Shown piece after piece: positions 47,814 through 57,460 of a stretch of DNA of 64,000 nucleotides. Source of the DNA: Candidatus Omnitrophota bacterium (GTDB lineage Bacteria; Omnitrophota; Gorgyraeia; Gygaellales; Profunditerraquicolaceae). The position numbers and the translations under genes were made by a program. Every line of letters begins with the position of its first letter. The stretch's first letter is position 1. The stretch spans positions 3,378 to 67,377 of the forward strand of contig JBFZAT010000059.1 of NCBI GenBank assembly GCA_041308845.1, written 5' to 3'. A model generated the notes under the pieces. That model saw only the letters and a list, made by a program, of their open reading frames with translations. It was not told the origin of the DNA and ran no database searches.

Positions 47814-48575
47814 ATGCTGATCGATACACACTGTCATCTTGATTTTCCCGCCTTTGCTGCAGATCGACCGCAAGTGATCCAGCGGGCTCTGGAAGCGCAA
47901 GTCAATTATTTTATTAATGTCGGAGCCACCTTGGAATCCTCGGCAGCAGCCGTTAAGCTGGCGGCTGAATATCCGCAAGTTTATGCCAGCGTAGGCCTGC
48001 ACCCGCACGATGCGCATACTTTTAATCAGCAGGCAGAAGCTGACCTAAGGCAGTTGGCTTCGGTCGAGAAAGTAGTAGCTATCGGGGAAACCGGCCTGGA
48101 TTATTACCGGAATTTATCTGCTCCAGAAGATCAAAAACAGGCATTCTTAAAACAAATTGCTTTAGCTAAGGCAATGAATCTGCCGCTGGTTATTCATTGC
48201 CGGCAAGCAGAGCAGGATTTATTAGAAATTTTAAAGACAGCTTTGCCGTTATCGGCGGTGATACATTGTTTTTCCGGAGATGAAAAATTTTTAAATTCCT
48301 GCCTGGATTGCGGATTTTTTATTTCTTATACCTGCAATATAACCTATCCGAAAGCTGTGGTTTTAAGAGCTTTGGTCGCTTTGACTCCGCTGGATAAATT
48401 AATGTTGGAAACCGACGCGCCGTATTTATCCCCGCAGGGTTTCCGGGGGAAACGCAATGAACCGGCGCAGATAAAATTATTGGCTCAGGAAGTGAGCCGG
48501 ATCAAAGGGGTGAGTTTTAAGCAGCTGGCTGAATACACTACGCAAAACGCCCAAAAATTCTTTAAATTAAGATGA
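47814..48575 (+). CDS. tatD: TatD family metal-dependent hydrolase (DNase)
   Basis: It has MLIDTHCHLDF and the TatD fold. Confidence 0.8.
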   Translation: MLIDTHCHLDFPAFAADRPQVIQRALEAQVNYFINVGATLESSAAAVKLAAEYPQVYASVGLHPHDAHTFNQQAEADLRQLASVEKVVAIGETGLDYYRNLSAPEDQKQAFLKQIALAKAMNLPLVIHCRQAEQDLLEILKTALPLSAVIHCFSGDEKFLNSCLDCGFFISYTCNITYPKAVVLRALVALTPLDKLMLETDAPYLSPQGFRGKRNEPAQIKLLAQEVSRIKGVSFKQLAEYTTQNAQKFFKLR

Positions 48576-49693
48576 ACGCTAAAATTTCCGTAGTTAAATG
48601 TCAGGGGTATGATCCGCAGTTGGTTGAATCAGCGGTTAGAAGATCCCTGGAGCTTTTAGGAGGAATTGGTGGTTTTGTCAAACCCGGCTCCCGGGTATTG
48701 ATTAAACCTAATCTTTTAATGTCTAAAGCTCCGGAATGCGCCATTACTACTCATCCTCAGGTTGTCAGGGCGGTAATTCGGATATTAAAAGAGATCAATT
48801 GCCAGATTACCGTTGGCGACGGACCCAGCGCTTGGGCCCAGTACGTCGAAAATGTGGATGAGGTTTACCAGGTTACCGGGATTAAAGAGGTTTGCCGCCG
48901 GGAAGATGTGCGGTTGGTAAATTTTGATAAACGCCGGATGCATGATAAGTTTCCGTTGGCAGCGGCCCTGGATGAATGCGATTATTTAATTAACCTGCCG
49001 AAATTTAAAACCCATGAATTAACCTTAATTACCGGAGCAATCAAAAATCTTTTTGGCTTGGTTTCCGGCACCTATAAAATCGAACTGCATAAGAATTATT
49101 TTCCGCCTCCTGAATTTGCCAAGATTCTAGTAGACATTTACCAAAAGGTCCGGCCGCAATTAACGATCATCGACGGAATATTAGCGCTGGAAGGGGATGG
49201 CCCGGCGACTAGCGGTTCTGTCCGCCAGCTTAATCTTATCTTAGCCGGAGCCGATGGAGTGGCTTTAGATACGGTGATGGCTAAAATAATGGGTATTACT
49301 CAACAAGAGGTTTTAACCACTAAAGAAGCCGCTTTGCGCGGTTTGGGGCAAGGGCAGTTGAGTAAGATCGAAATAAAAGGAGAGGATATTAACAAGTTAG
49401 AGATCGCTCCGTTTAGCCTGCCGAAAAATTATGCCAAAGTAATTCATTTACCTCCGGTAGTCAAAAGAATATTCAGGTCCTTAATTAAATATTATCCTTA
49501 TTCGCTGTCTGGAAAATGTACGCATTGCGGACATTGCCTTAAAATTTGTCCGCACCAATGTATCGGCTTTAAACCCAAAGGCATCAAGATTAACTATCGT
49601 AAATGTATCGCTTGTTTTTGTTGCCAGGAGGCTTGTCCGGAGGCAGCCATTGGAGTGAAAAAGAGTTTATTGGCTAAAATAATCGGATTATAA
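48572..49693 (+). CDS. DUF362 domain protein with C-terminal 2x[4Fe-4S] ferredoxin motifs
   Basis: It has a DUF362 N-terminus and the cysteine clusters CTHCGHCLKICP and CIACFCCQEACP. Confidence 0.6.
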   Translation: MNAKISVVKCQGYDPQLVESAVRRSLELLGGIGGFVKPGSRVLIKPNLLMSKAPECAITTHPQVVRAVIRILKEINCQITVGDGPSAWAQYVENVDEVYQVTGIKEVCRREDVRLVNFDKRRMHDKFPLAAALDECDYLINLPKFKTHELTLITGAIKNLFGLVSGTYKIELHKNYFPPPEFAKILVDIYQKVRPQLTIIDGILALEGDGPATSGSVRQLNLILAGADGVALDTVMAKIMGITQQEVLTTKEAALRGLGQGQLSKIEIKGEDINKLEIAPFSLPKNYAKVIHLPPVVKRIFRSLIKYYPYSLSGKCTHCGHCLKICPHQCIGFKPKGIKINYRKCIACFCCQEACPEAAIGVKKSLLAKIIGL

Positions 49694-49697
49694 TTTT

Positions 49698-50759
49698 GTG
49701 GATATGAATATTCGCACACTAGACTGGAAAAATAATAAAATTCGGATTATCGATCAGACTAAGCTTCCGCTTAAACTGTGTTATATTAATCTTAAGAATT
49801 TAAAGGAGCTGTGGCAGGCGATTAAGATGTTAAAGGTGCGGGGAGCTCCGGCTTTAGGGGCAGCCGCTGGGTTGGGGATGTATTTAGGGATCAAGGATTA
49901 TCGCTGTTCGGATTGGAATAAGTTTAACCGTAAGTTGGCTGGCCTGGCAAAATACATTGCCAGTTCCCGCCCGACCGCCCGGAATCTATTTTGGGGCCTA
50001 GAAAAAATATCTGCCGTGGCTTTAGTCAATAAAAATCAGCCGCTGGCTAAGATTAAACAAAAGATTCTGGACCAGGCCAAGTTGATTATGCGCCAGGATA
50101 TGGCAGCCTGCCGTCAGATCGGTTTCCACGGGGCCAAATTACTGAAAAACCACAGCCGGATATTGACTATTTGTAATGCCGGGATATTGGCGAGCATTGA
50201 TTACGGGACGGCCCTGGGGGTGATCTACCGGGCCAAAGAAGATGGCAAAGTGATCAAAGTTTTTGTTTCTGAAACGCGCCCCCTATTGCAGGGGGCACGT
50301 TTATCAACTTGGGAGTTGCTTAGGCAGGGCATAGATGTTACTTTAATTGCTGATAATACCGCGGCTAAACTGATGCAGGAGGGCCGGATTGATCTGGTGA
50401 TTGCCGGGGCCGACCGCATTGCGGCTAACGCCGATACGGCGAACAAAATCGGGACTTTTAACCTGGCGGTCTTAGCAAAGTATCACCGCTTGCCTTTCTA
50501 TATCGCTGCCCCCGAAAGCACTTTTGATCTGCAGATAAAAAATCAGGCTGGGATAAAAATTGAAATGCGCCAGGAGGCAGAAGTGGCTGAAATTTTATTT
50601 AAAAAAAAGGTAGCCCCCCCGGGGGTAAAAATAATTAATCCGGCTTTTGATATTACTCCGCATCAGTTAATCAGCGGGATTATTACCGAACAGGGGATTA
50701 TCGGTCCACCGTATGCAAAAAATATCCGGAAAATTTTCAGGGTGGGAAAATGCGCTTAA
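49698..50759 (+). CDS. mtnA: S-methyl-5-thioribose-1-phosphate isomerase (eIF-2B alpha/beta/delta family)
   Basis: It has the N-terminus IRIIDQTKLP...VRGAPALGAAAG and C-terminal family motifs. Confidence 0.7.
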   Translation: MDMNIRTLDWKNNKIRIIDQTKLPLKLCYINLKNLKELWQAIKMLKVRGAPALGAAAGLGMYLGIKDYRCSDWNKFNRKLAGLAKYIASSRPTARNLFWGLEKISAVALVNKNQPLAKIKQKILDQAKLIMRQDMAACRQIGFHGAKLLKNHSRILTICNAGILASIDYGTALGVIYRAKEDGKVIKVFVSETRPLLQGARLSTWELLRQGIDVTLIADNTAAKLMQEGRIDLVIAGADRIAANADTANKIGTFNLAVLAKYHRLPFYIAAPESTFDLQIKNQAGIKIEMRQEAEVAEILFKKKVAPPGVKIINPAFDITPHQLISGIITEQGIIGPPYAKNIRKIFRVGKCA

Positions 50760-51646
50760 AAGATCTCGGTGAGTTTGAATTAATCGAAAGATTCCGTAAA
50801 CAGATTAAACTTGATTCTTCAGTGGTTTATGGCAGCGGGGATGATTGCGCGGTTTTAGAGTTTAATCAGCGCTGTTATCAATTACTGACTTGTGATATGT
50901 TAGTCCAGGGGGTAGATTTCTATAAAACCACAGACCTTAAACTGGTCGGCAGAAAAGCTCTGGGCCAATCAATTAGCGATATTGCTGCCTGCGGAGGGAT
51001 TCCCCAGCAGGCATTAGTGGCTTTGGGGTTGCCTGGGACAATGCCGGTTAAACAGCTGGACCGTCTGGCTAAAGGGATCTTTGATCTGGCCCGGGAATTT
51101 AAAATTAATATTGTCGGAGGAGATATTTCGACTGCTGCTAAGCTGGTTATTGATGTCAGTTTGCTGGGCCAGGTGGATAAAAATAAACTTTGTTTACGCC
51201 GGGGGGCAGAACCCGGGGATTTAATCATGGTTACCGGCGAGTTTGGCAAAGCGATTAAAGGCAAGCATTTAAGATTTACCCCGCGCTTAAAAGAAGCGCA
51301 ATTTTTAGTGAATAATTTTAAGATTAACTCGATGATTGATGTTTCAGACGGGTTAGTGCAGGATTTAGGGCATATTCTCAAGCAGAGCGCCAAGGGTGCG
51401 GTTTTATACGAAAGCCTCATTCCCTTAAGCCGCCAGGCTGTTGATCCAGCTGAGGCCCTTTGCTCGGGTGAAGAGTTCGAATTGCTTTTTACCGCCGCGC
51501 GCCAGCAGGCTAGCAAAATCATTCAAAGCACTAGATACCGTTATAAAGTAATCGGCGAAATCATGCCAGAGTCATTTGGCTTAAGAATAATTAATTATAA
51601 AAACCGGTATTCCCGGCTTAAGCTCCAGGGTTACCGTCATTTTTAA
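50750..51646 (+). CDS. thiL: Thiamine-monophosphate kinase
   Basis: The N-terminus LGEFELIERF...GDDCAVL fits the AIR-synthase-related fold. Confidence 0.7.
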   Translation: MRLKDLGEFELIERFRKQIKLDSSVVYGSGDDCAVLEFNQRCYQLLTCDMLVQGVDFYKTTDLKLVGRKALGQSISDIAACGGIPQQALVALGLPGTMPVKQLDRLAKGIFDLAREFKINIVGGDISTAAKLVIDVSLLGQVDKNKLCLRRGAEPGDLIMVTGEFGKAIKGKHLRFTPRLKEAQFLVNNFKINSMIDVSDGLVQDLGHILKQSAKGAVLYESLIPLSRQAVDPAEALCSGEEFELLFTAARQQASKIIQSTRYRYKVIGEIMPESFGLRIINYKNRYSRLKLQGYRHF

Positions 51647-52113
51647 TGGAAAAATTATCTTTATCGGTTCAGCAGACCTTAAAATTAGGCCAGCAGATTG
51701 CCGCTAAATTGTCCGGAGGGGAGATTATTCTTTTATCCGGTTCTTTGGGTGCCGGTAAAACGGTTTTGGCTAAAGGCATCGCTCAAGGTTTAGGCATTGA
51801 TAAAAATGATGTAGTCAGCCCAACTTTTGTTTTACTGCGCACCTATGCAGGAAAACATCTGTTGCAGCACTTTGATTTCTACCGGATCAGTTCTGTGGAT
51901 GAGGTTTTAGCTTTGGGTTATCAGGAATACCTATATTCTGAGGCGGTAACCGTGATTGAATGGCCGGAACGCTTAAAATTCCTCTTGCCAAAGGAATTTT
52001 TACAGATTAAGCTATCTGCAAAGGCCGAAAATCAACGTTGTTTTAAATTTAAAGCTAAAGGCCGGCGCTATAAAAAATTATTGGAGAGCATCGATGAAGA
52101 TTCTGGCAATTGA
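51646..52113 (+). CDS. tsaE: tRNA t6A biosynthesis ATPase TsaE
   Basis: It has the P-loop GSLGAGKT and the YjeE-family layout. Confidence 0.75.
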   Translation: MEKLSLSVQQTLKLGQQIAAKLSGGEIILLSGSLGAGKTVLAKGIAQGLGIDKNDVVSPTFVLLRTYAGKHLLQHFDFYRISSVDEVLALGYQEYLYSEAVTVIEWPERLKFLLPKEFLQIKLSAKAENQRCFKFKAKGRRYKKLLESIDEDSGN

Positions 52114-52768
52114 TACTTCTACTAGCCGTCTTTGCCTGGGTTTACATATTGACGGTAAATTCTATGAATATAACCTGCAGGTTGGCCGGCGGCTTTCGGA
52201 ATTATTGGTTCCGACTATCCAGCGGCTTACCGCTGCCTTAGGCGTAGCGGTGAGTGAGATCGATTATTTGGCCTGCGGTTTAGGGCCGGGTTCTTTTACC
52301 GGAATGCGCATTGGTCTGGCCACGATTAAAGGTTTAAGCGTAATCAGAGATACGCCGGTAATCGGGATTCCCAGCCTGGATATTTTGGCTAAGAATGCCC
52401 CGCTTACCGACCGATTGATCCTAACGGTCGTGGATGCCAGAAGGTCATTGATTTATTGCAGCGCTTATCGATATAAACAAGGCGGTTTAAAGCGGCAGAG
52501 CGGATACCTGCTGGTTACTTTAGATGAATTAATTAAAAAGTTTTCTGCTAAAGCAGTAATTTTAGGTGACGCAGTTGGTTTATACGGTGATGCGTTTTTG
52601 GCGCGGTTTAAAAACGCTAGGCTTTTAGACAAAGATTATTGGCTGCCCCAGGCCCACAACCTTATGGAGTTGGCGCTGGCTAAGATTAAAGCTAAACAGT
52701 TTACTTCGGTTTTAACCATTAAACCTATTTATCTATACCCTAAAGAATGCCAAATAAAAAAGCGATAG
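52094..52768 (+). CDS. tsaB: tRNA t6A biosynthesis protein TsaB
   Basis: It has the N-terminus ILAIDTSTS and a YeaZ-like fold, and is adjacent to tsaE. Confidence 0.7.
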   Translation: MKILAIDTSTSRLCLGLHIDGKFYEYNLQVGRRLSELLVPTIQRLTAALGVAVSEIDYLACGLGPGSFTGMRIGLATIKGLSVIRDTPVIGIPSLDILAKNAPLTDRLILTVVDARRSLIYCSAYRYKQGGLKRQSGYLLVTLDELIKKFSAKAVILGDAVGLYGDAFLARFKNARLLDKDYWLPQAHNLMELALAKIKAKQFTSVLTIKPIYLYPKECQIKKR

Positions 52769-53868
52769 GCTACCGGCCGACCTGGGCCCAAGTCAATTTA
52801 GATTATTTGGAGCATAATTATTTTGCAGTTAAATCTTTGTTGCCAGCGCAGACTAAAATGCTGGTAACAGTCAAAGCCGACGCCTACGGCCACGGTTTAA
52901 TCGAAGTTTCCACTAGGTTGATGCTTTGCGGAGTAGATTATTTAGGGGTGGCTTCGATTGATGAGGGGATAAAATTAAGAAAAGCCGGTATTAAGATTCC
53001 GATTCTGCTTTTAGGGTTAATGCTTCAAGAAGATATCGGGCCGCTTTTTACCTACCGGTTAATTCCGACGGTCTGTGATTTTAAGCTGGCCACTGCCCTG
53101 CAGAAAAAAGCCGCCAGTCTAAAACAAAAAATACCCGTGCATATCAAAGTGGATACCGGGATGGGAAGGATCGGGGTATTGCCTGCGGCGGCTTTTAAAC
53201 TGGTAACTGAAATTCATCAGTTAAAAAATATCTGCCTCCAGGGAATTTTTACGCATTTCGCCTTAGCCGATACTGACCGTAAATTTACTGTTGGACAGAT
53301 AAAAATATTTAATCAATTAGTAGCTGATTTAAAAAAGAGCGGAATCTCTATCCCCCTGGTGCATGCTGCCAATAGTATAGGGTTGATCCGCTACCAAAAC
53401 AGCCATTTTACAATGGTGCGCCCGGGGCTGATTATTTATGGGCTGCATCCAAAGAAAAATTTAGGCATTAATTTAAAACCGGTGTTAAGCCTTAAAACCC
53501 GGGTGGTTTTTGTGAAGCGGGTGGGTTCAGGCTGCGGTTTGAGCTATGGTTTGACTTATGTCACTAAGCGTCCGGCCTATATCATTACTTTGCCTGTTGG
53601 CTATGGTGACGGATACCCGCGTAACCTTTCTAACCTAGGCTGGGTGCTTATCGGGGGCCGGCGTTTCCGGATCAGCGGCCGGATTTGCATGGATCAGATT
53701 ATGGTAGATGTAGGGAATTTTAAACCGCGAATCGGCCAGGAGGTAGTGTTAATCGGAAGGCAGGGCCAGCAGAAAATTACTGCTGAAGAGTTAGCGGATC
53801 TGGCCGGAACCATCTCTTACGAAATTGTTTGCGGCTTAGGGAATCGTATTCCCCGGGTATACCGATAG
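52747..53868 (+). CDS. alr: Alanine racemase
   Basis: It has the PLP-Lys motif VKADAYGHG and the overall Alr architecture. Confidence 0.85.
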   Translation: MPNKKAIGYRPTWAQVNLDYLEHNYFAVKSLLPAQTKMLVTVKADAYGHGLIEVSTRLMLCGVDYLGVASIDEGIKLRKAGIKIPILLLGLMLQEDIGPLFTYRLIPTVCDFKLATALQKKAASLKQKIPVHIKVDTGMGRIGVLPAAAFKLVTEIHQLKNICLQGIFTHFALADTDRKFTVGQIKIFNQLVADLKKSGISIPLVHAANSIGLIRYQNSHFTMVRPGLIIYGLHPKKNLGINLKPVLSLKTRVVFVKRVGSGCGLSYGLTYVTKRPAYIITLPVGYGDGYPRNLSNLGWVLIGGRRFRISGRICMDQIMVDVGNFKPRIGQEVVLIGRQGQQKITAEELADLAGTISYEIVCGLGNRIPRVYR

Positions 53869-53886
53869 GTCTAGTGGTTATTGGGC

Positions 53887-54987
53887 TTAAGGCAGTTTAG
53901 AGATTAGATAGAGGCTGCCTGAGAGTACAATTACATGACTAAGCGCAGCCGCCAAGCCAGGCATAATTAATCCGGATTTTCCTACCGCCAGGCAGACAGC
54001 GTCTAACACATAATAGAAAAATCCTACGATAATTGAGACCCCGATCGCTGACATGCCGGTAGCGCGTTTACGCATCAGCAGCGAAAAAGGAATGCCCAGG
54101 AATATAATAATAATACTGGTAAACGGTGAGCTAAACCGTTGATAGAGATCCACCTTTAAGTTCCGGATGACGCTGGTGGCACCGCTTTTTGAAAGAATCC
54201 AGATATAATCCTGCATTTGACGGATATTCATCTGTTCGGGTTTCTGCCTTAAAGAGGCCAAATGCTCCGGGGTCTCCGGAATGCTCATAATTTCTTCTTC
54301 CATATAAATCGGCTCATCAATTACCTGTCCGTTACGGTCGAATTTATAAGTAATGCTTTGGAAGAATTTCCACAATCCATCCTGATAAATGCCCCGGGTA
54401 GCGATAATTTTTTTAGTCAGATTTTGGTTTTCATCTTGCTCTAGAATAGTAATCCCGTCCATAGTTTTGCTGGCCGGAGTAAACTTGCTGATAAAGAACA
54501 GCCGGTTTCTTAAACCGTAAAGGGTTAGATTAATAATTATTTCGTTTTTCTTAGGTTTAATTTTTCCGGAGCCCTCTTCGATTTGCAGCTTAATTTTTTG
54601 GTTAGCAGCCAGGGAAACGGGCACAAAACTATCATTGACCCAAAAGACTGTCAGGCTGACCAGTAATCCGAAAATCAGGGCTTGGCGGGCAATGGCAAAT
54701 ATGCTTAAACCGCTGGAACGCATGGCAATGATTTCGTTATTGTGGTTTAGTTTTCCAAAAGTATATACCGTGCTTAACAGGCAAGCAAACGGAGAGACTT
54801 GCACAAACATAATCGGCAGATAAGTGAAGTAGTAACGGGCTAAAAGCGCCAGGCTAGCCTGATGTTTTAATATTTCATCTAAATTCGACAATAGATCGAT
54901 CACCACATAGAGGAACAGGAAGACAAAGATGCAGGAGAAAAATATATAGATTACCGATTTTAAGATGTAGCGGTCTAAGATGCGCAT
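53887..54987 (-). CDS. LPS export permease, YjgP/YjgQ family (LptG-like)
   Basis: It has six-TM YjgP/YjgQ topology with a periplasmic beta-jellyroll insert, and is paired with the upstream homologue. Confidence 0.65.
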   Translation of the reverse strand: MRILDRYILKSVIYIFFSCIFVFLFLYVVIDLLSNLDEILKHQASLALLARYYFTYLPIMFVQVSPFACLLSTVYTFGKLNHNNEIIAMRSSGLSIFAIARQALIFGLLVSLTVFWVNDSFVPVSLAANQKIKLQIEEGSGKIKPKKNEIIINLTLYGLRNRLFFISKFTPASKTMDGITILEQDENQNLTKKIIATRGIYQDGLWKFFQSITYKFDRNGQVIDEPIYMEEEIMSIPETPEHLASLRQKPEQMNIRQMQDYIWILSKSGATSVIRNLKVDLYQRFSSPFTSIIIIFLGIPFSLLMRKRATGMSAIGVSIIVGFFYYVLDAVCLAVGKSGLIMPGLAAALSHVIVLSGSLYLISKLP

Positions 54988-56078
54988 AGTTTAAAGGTTA
55001 GGTATCCTCCGATTGCGGAAAAAATTATGTTGGGCAGCCATAAAGCCCAGGCTGCCGGCAGCACTCCTTCCATCGCCAGCGCGGTTAAGCCGATATATAA
55101 AGGATAATAGCAGACAATGATCAATACAGCAATTCCAATGTTGATAGATTTTTCGCGGCGGCGGGTAATGATCCCCAGGGAAGAGCCCAGGAGCATAAAG
55201 GTAAAACAAGAAAAAGCCAAAGCCAGCTTTTCATGAATTTTGGTTACCAACGGCGCCGGGCTGATGCCTTCGGCCTGTAATTTAGCTGCCTGTTTCTTTA
55301 GCTCCTGGATAGTCATTTCTTTATATTTTTTTTCCACGACTCTATTTTGTATTTGGGCCATATCCAGATTCATAAAATAAGTCCGGAAATTAAGTTTATA
55401 AAAACTGGTGGGATTTTCCGGATCCGGTTCATCGCTGGTTCCGTCAATCAGCTTTAATTTAATCGCGTTTTGTCCGGGGATAGCGATAAACTCTCCGGCT
55501 TTAGCGACAATCGTGCGGGTCGGCCGGTCTTCTCCTTGCGGTTCATAGATCCGGATGTTATTAAGCCGGTTTTTCTTTTGGTCTACATTATAGATAAACA
55601 GAATATATTTCTTAAAAGCATCGATGAACACCCCTTCTTCGAAAGCGGCGGTAGGATTTTTAATACCCATTTGCTGTAAAGTCTTGCGGTAAGCAAAATG
55701 GGAATAGGAAGCGGCGCGATCATTAAAAACTGCCAGAGCCAGACTGAAAGCTAGTCCGATGGTTAATAAAGGCAATACCAACCTGAAGAGATTGATACCG
55801 CTGGAACGAATAGCGATGATTTCATTGTCTCCGCTTAATCTGCCCAGGGCCAGTAAAACCGCCACCAGTATCGAAATAGGTAGGGTGTAGGTGACAATAT
55901 AAGGGGTAAGATAAATAAAAATCTGGATTACGCTAAAGATATCTACTCCTTTATTGATCACCAAGTCGGCAATGCGTTTTAAATTCCCGATAAGTACCAT
56001 GACAAAGGTCAATACCCCCAGACACAATAGCAACGGGCCGAAAAATTCTTTTAGGATATAATTACGTAGGATTTTCAT
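54975..56078 (-). CDS. LPS export permease, YjgP/YjgQ family (LptF-like)
   Basis: Same family as the preceding gene, forming a tandem pair. Confidence 0.65.
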   Translation of the reverse strand: MKILRNYILKEFFGPLLLCLGVLTFVMVLIGNLKRIADLVINKGVDIFSVIQIFIYLTPYIVTYTLPISILVAVLLALGRLSGDNEIIAIRSSGINLFRLVLPLLTIGLAFSLALAVFNDRAASYSHFAYRKTLQQMGIKNPTAAFEEGVFIDAFKKYILFIYNVDQKKNRLNNIRIYEPQGEDRPTRTIVAKAGEFIAIPGQNAIKLKLIDGTSDEPDPENPTSFYKLNFRTYFMNLDMAQIQNRVVEKKYKEMTIQELKKQAAKLQAEGISPAPLVTKIHEKLALAFSCFTFMLLGSSLGIITRRREKSINIGIAVLIIVCYYPLYIGLTALAMEGVLPAAWALWLPNIIFSAIGGYLTFKLCAS

Positions 56079-56082
56079 TCGC

Positions 56083-56814
56083 TTAACAGGCTAAAGTTAA
56101 AAGAAGCACTTTTTTTGCCCCGGATGCCTTCAAGCATTTAGCGGCCTGGGTGGCCGTGGCCCCGGTGGTTAAAACATCATCAATCAGCAGTAAATTAGTA
56201 TCTTTGAATATTTCGGGTTTAGGGACAGAGAAACTTTGCTCCATATTCTGACAACGTTGAGCAAAAGTCAATTCAGTTTGAGTCCGCGTCGGTTTAATCC
56301 GAGTGAGGTTGTCGGTTAAGACTGTTTTGGTGAATTCTTGGGCGATCTGCCGGCTTAAGATCTCTGCCTGGTTAAACTCTCTTTGCCTTAAACGGCTTTT
56401 ATGCAGCGGAACGGGGATAATAAAATCAAGATGTTCGATCGGTAAACGGTAATCTCGGATAAATTCATTCATTAGTTTTCCTAAGGGTTTGCCCAGATAT
56501 TTTTTACCGGAGTATTTAAATTCATGGATCAATCTTTTTACTGATCCAGTATAAATACAAGGGCTGAAAGCATGGTCAAAATAAAAACTTTTCCTGGATT
56601 TTGAGCAGCCCGGACAAGTTTGTTTTTTGATCGCTTCGATATCCAGGTGTCTGCCGCAGCCGGAGCAGAAGGGAGGCAGATTTTTTTCCAGCTTTTCCCA
56701 ACAGCCAGCGCAAATAAATTTTTCTTGGTCGGTATCGAGGACTCGTTTCTTACAAATTATACAGCAGTTAGGATAGAATAAATCCTTTAATCCCTTCCAC
56801 CACCCCTGTAACAT
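56083..56814 (-). CDS. comF: ComF family protein (phosphoribosyltransferase domain with N-terminal zinc ribbon)
   Basis: It has the N-terminal cysteine pairs CCIIC...CAGC...CSGC...CPGC and a C-terminal PRTase motif LLIDDVLTTGAT. Confidence 0.65.
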   Translation of the reverse strand: MLQGWWKGLKDLFYPNCCIICKKRVLDTDQEKFICAGCWEKLEKNLPPFCSGCGRHLDIEAIKKQTCPGCSKSRKSFYFDHAFSPCIYTGSVKRLIHEFKYSGKKYLGKPLGKLMNEFIRDYRLPIEHLDFIIPVPLHKSRLRQREFNQAEILSRQIAQEFTKTVLTDNLTRIKPTRTQTELTFAQRCQNMEQSFSVPKPEIFKDTNLLLIDDVLTTGATATQAAKCLKASGAKKVLLLTLAC

Positions 56815-56890
56815 AAAGATATAATATCAATGAAAATCAGGTTTGTCAAAGTAATTGACAGTTGGCTTTATCGAGAGTAAAATACAAATC

Positions 56891-57451
56891 ATGGAAAAAC
56901 TTAGTACTGCACAAAAAAAAGAAAAACTATTCGATTTATTAAACCGGGAGGCCTTAAAAAGAGGTAAATTTGTGCTTTCTTCTGGCCTGGAAAGTAATTA
57001 TTATCTGGATGGCCGTATAATTACTTTAACTCCCGCCGGTGCTTATTTAGTGGCCAGCTTAATTTTAGATATGATTGCCAAAGAAGCCTGGGATGCGGTG
57101 GGTGGGCCGACCCTGGGGGCGGATCCTATTGTGGGGGCCTTGGCAGCAGTGAGCTATATTAACCAACAGCCGATTAAGACTTTTATCGTGCGTAAGCAGG
57201 CCAAAGAACATGGAACCCAGCAGCAGTTAGAGGGTCCGGAGCTGAAAAAAGGCGCGCGGGTTATTCTGGTGGATGACGTAGCTACCAGTGGGAAGGCAAT
57301 TTTAGAAGCCAAACAGGCTTTGGATAAAATCGGAGTAATCGCCCAGAACGCTATCGTGATTGTCGACCGTAACCAGGGGGCTGCGGATAATTTAGCCAAG
57401 GCGGGAATAAAACTGGAATCAATCTTTAAAATCGCGGATTTCGGCCTCTAA
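56891..57451 (+). CDS. pyrE: Orotate phosphoribosyltransferase
   Basis: It has the PRTase motif VILVDDVATSGKA. Start is set at MEKLST; the listed ORF start is further upstream. Confidence 0.75.
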   Translation: MEKLSTAQKKEKLFDLLNREALKRGKFVLSSGLESNYYLDGRIITLTPAGAYLVASLILDMIAKEAWDAVGGPTLGADPIVGALAAVSYINQQPIKTFIVRKQAKEHGTQQQLEGPELKKGARVILVDDVATSGKAILEAKQALDKIGVIAQNAIVIVDRNQGAADNLAKAGIKLESIFKIADFGL

Positions 57452-57460
57452 GATATTCTT

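Noticed and set aside
50920-51522. A 200-aa minus-strand ORF antisense to thiL
   Set aside because: It is a low-complexity, Ser/Ala/Pro/Leu-rich translation entirely inside the well-supported thiL frame, so it is a shadow ORF.
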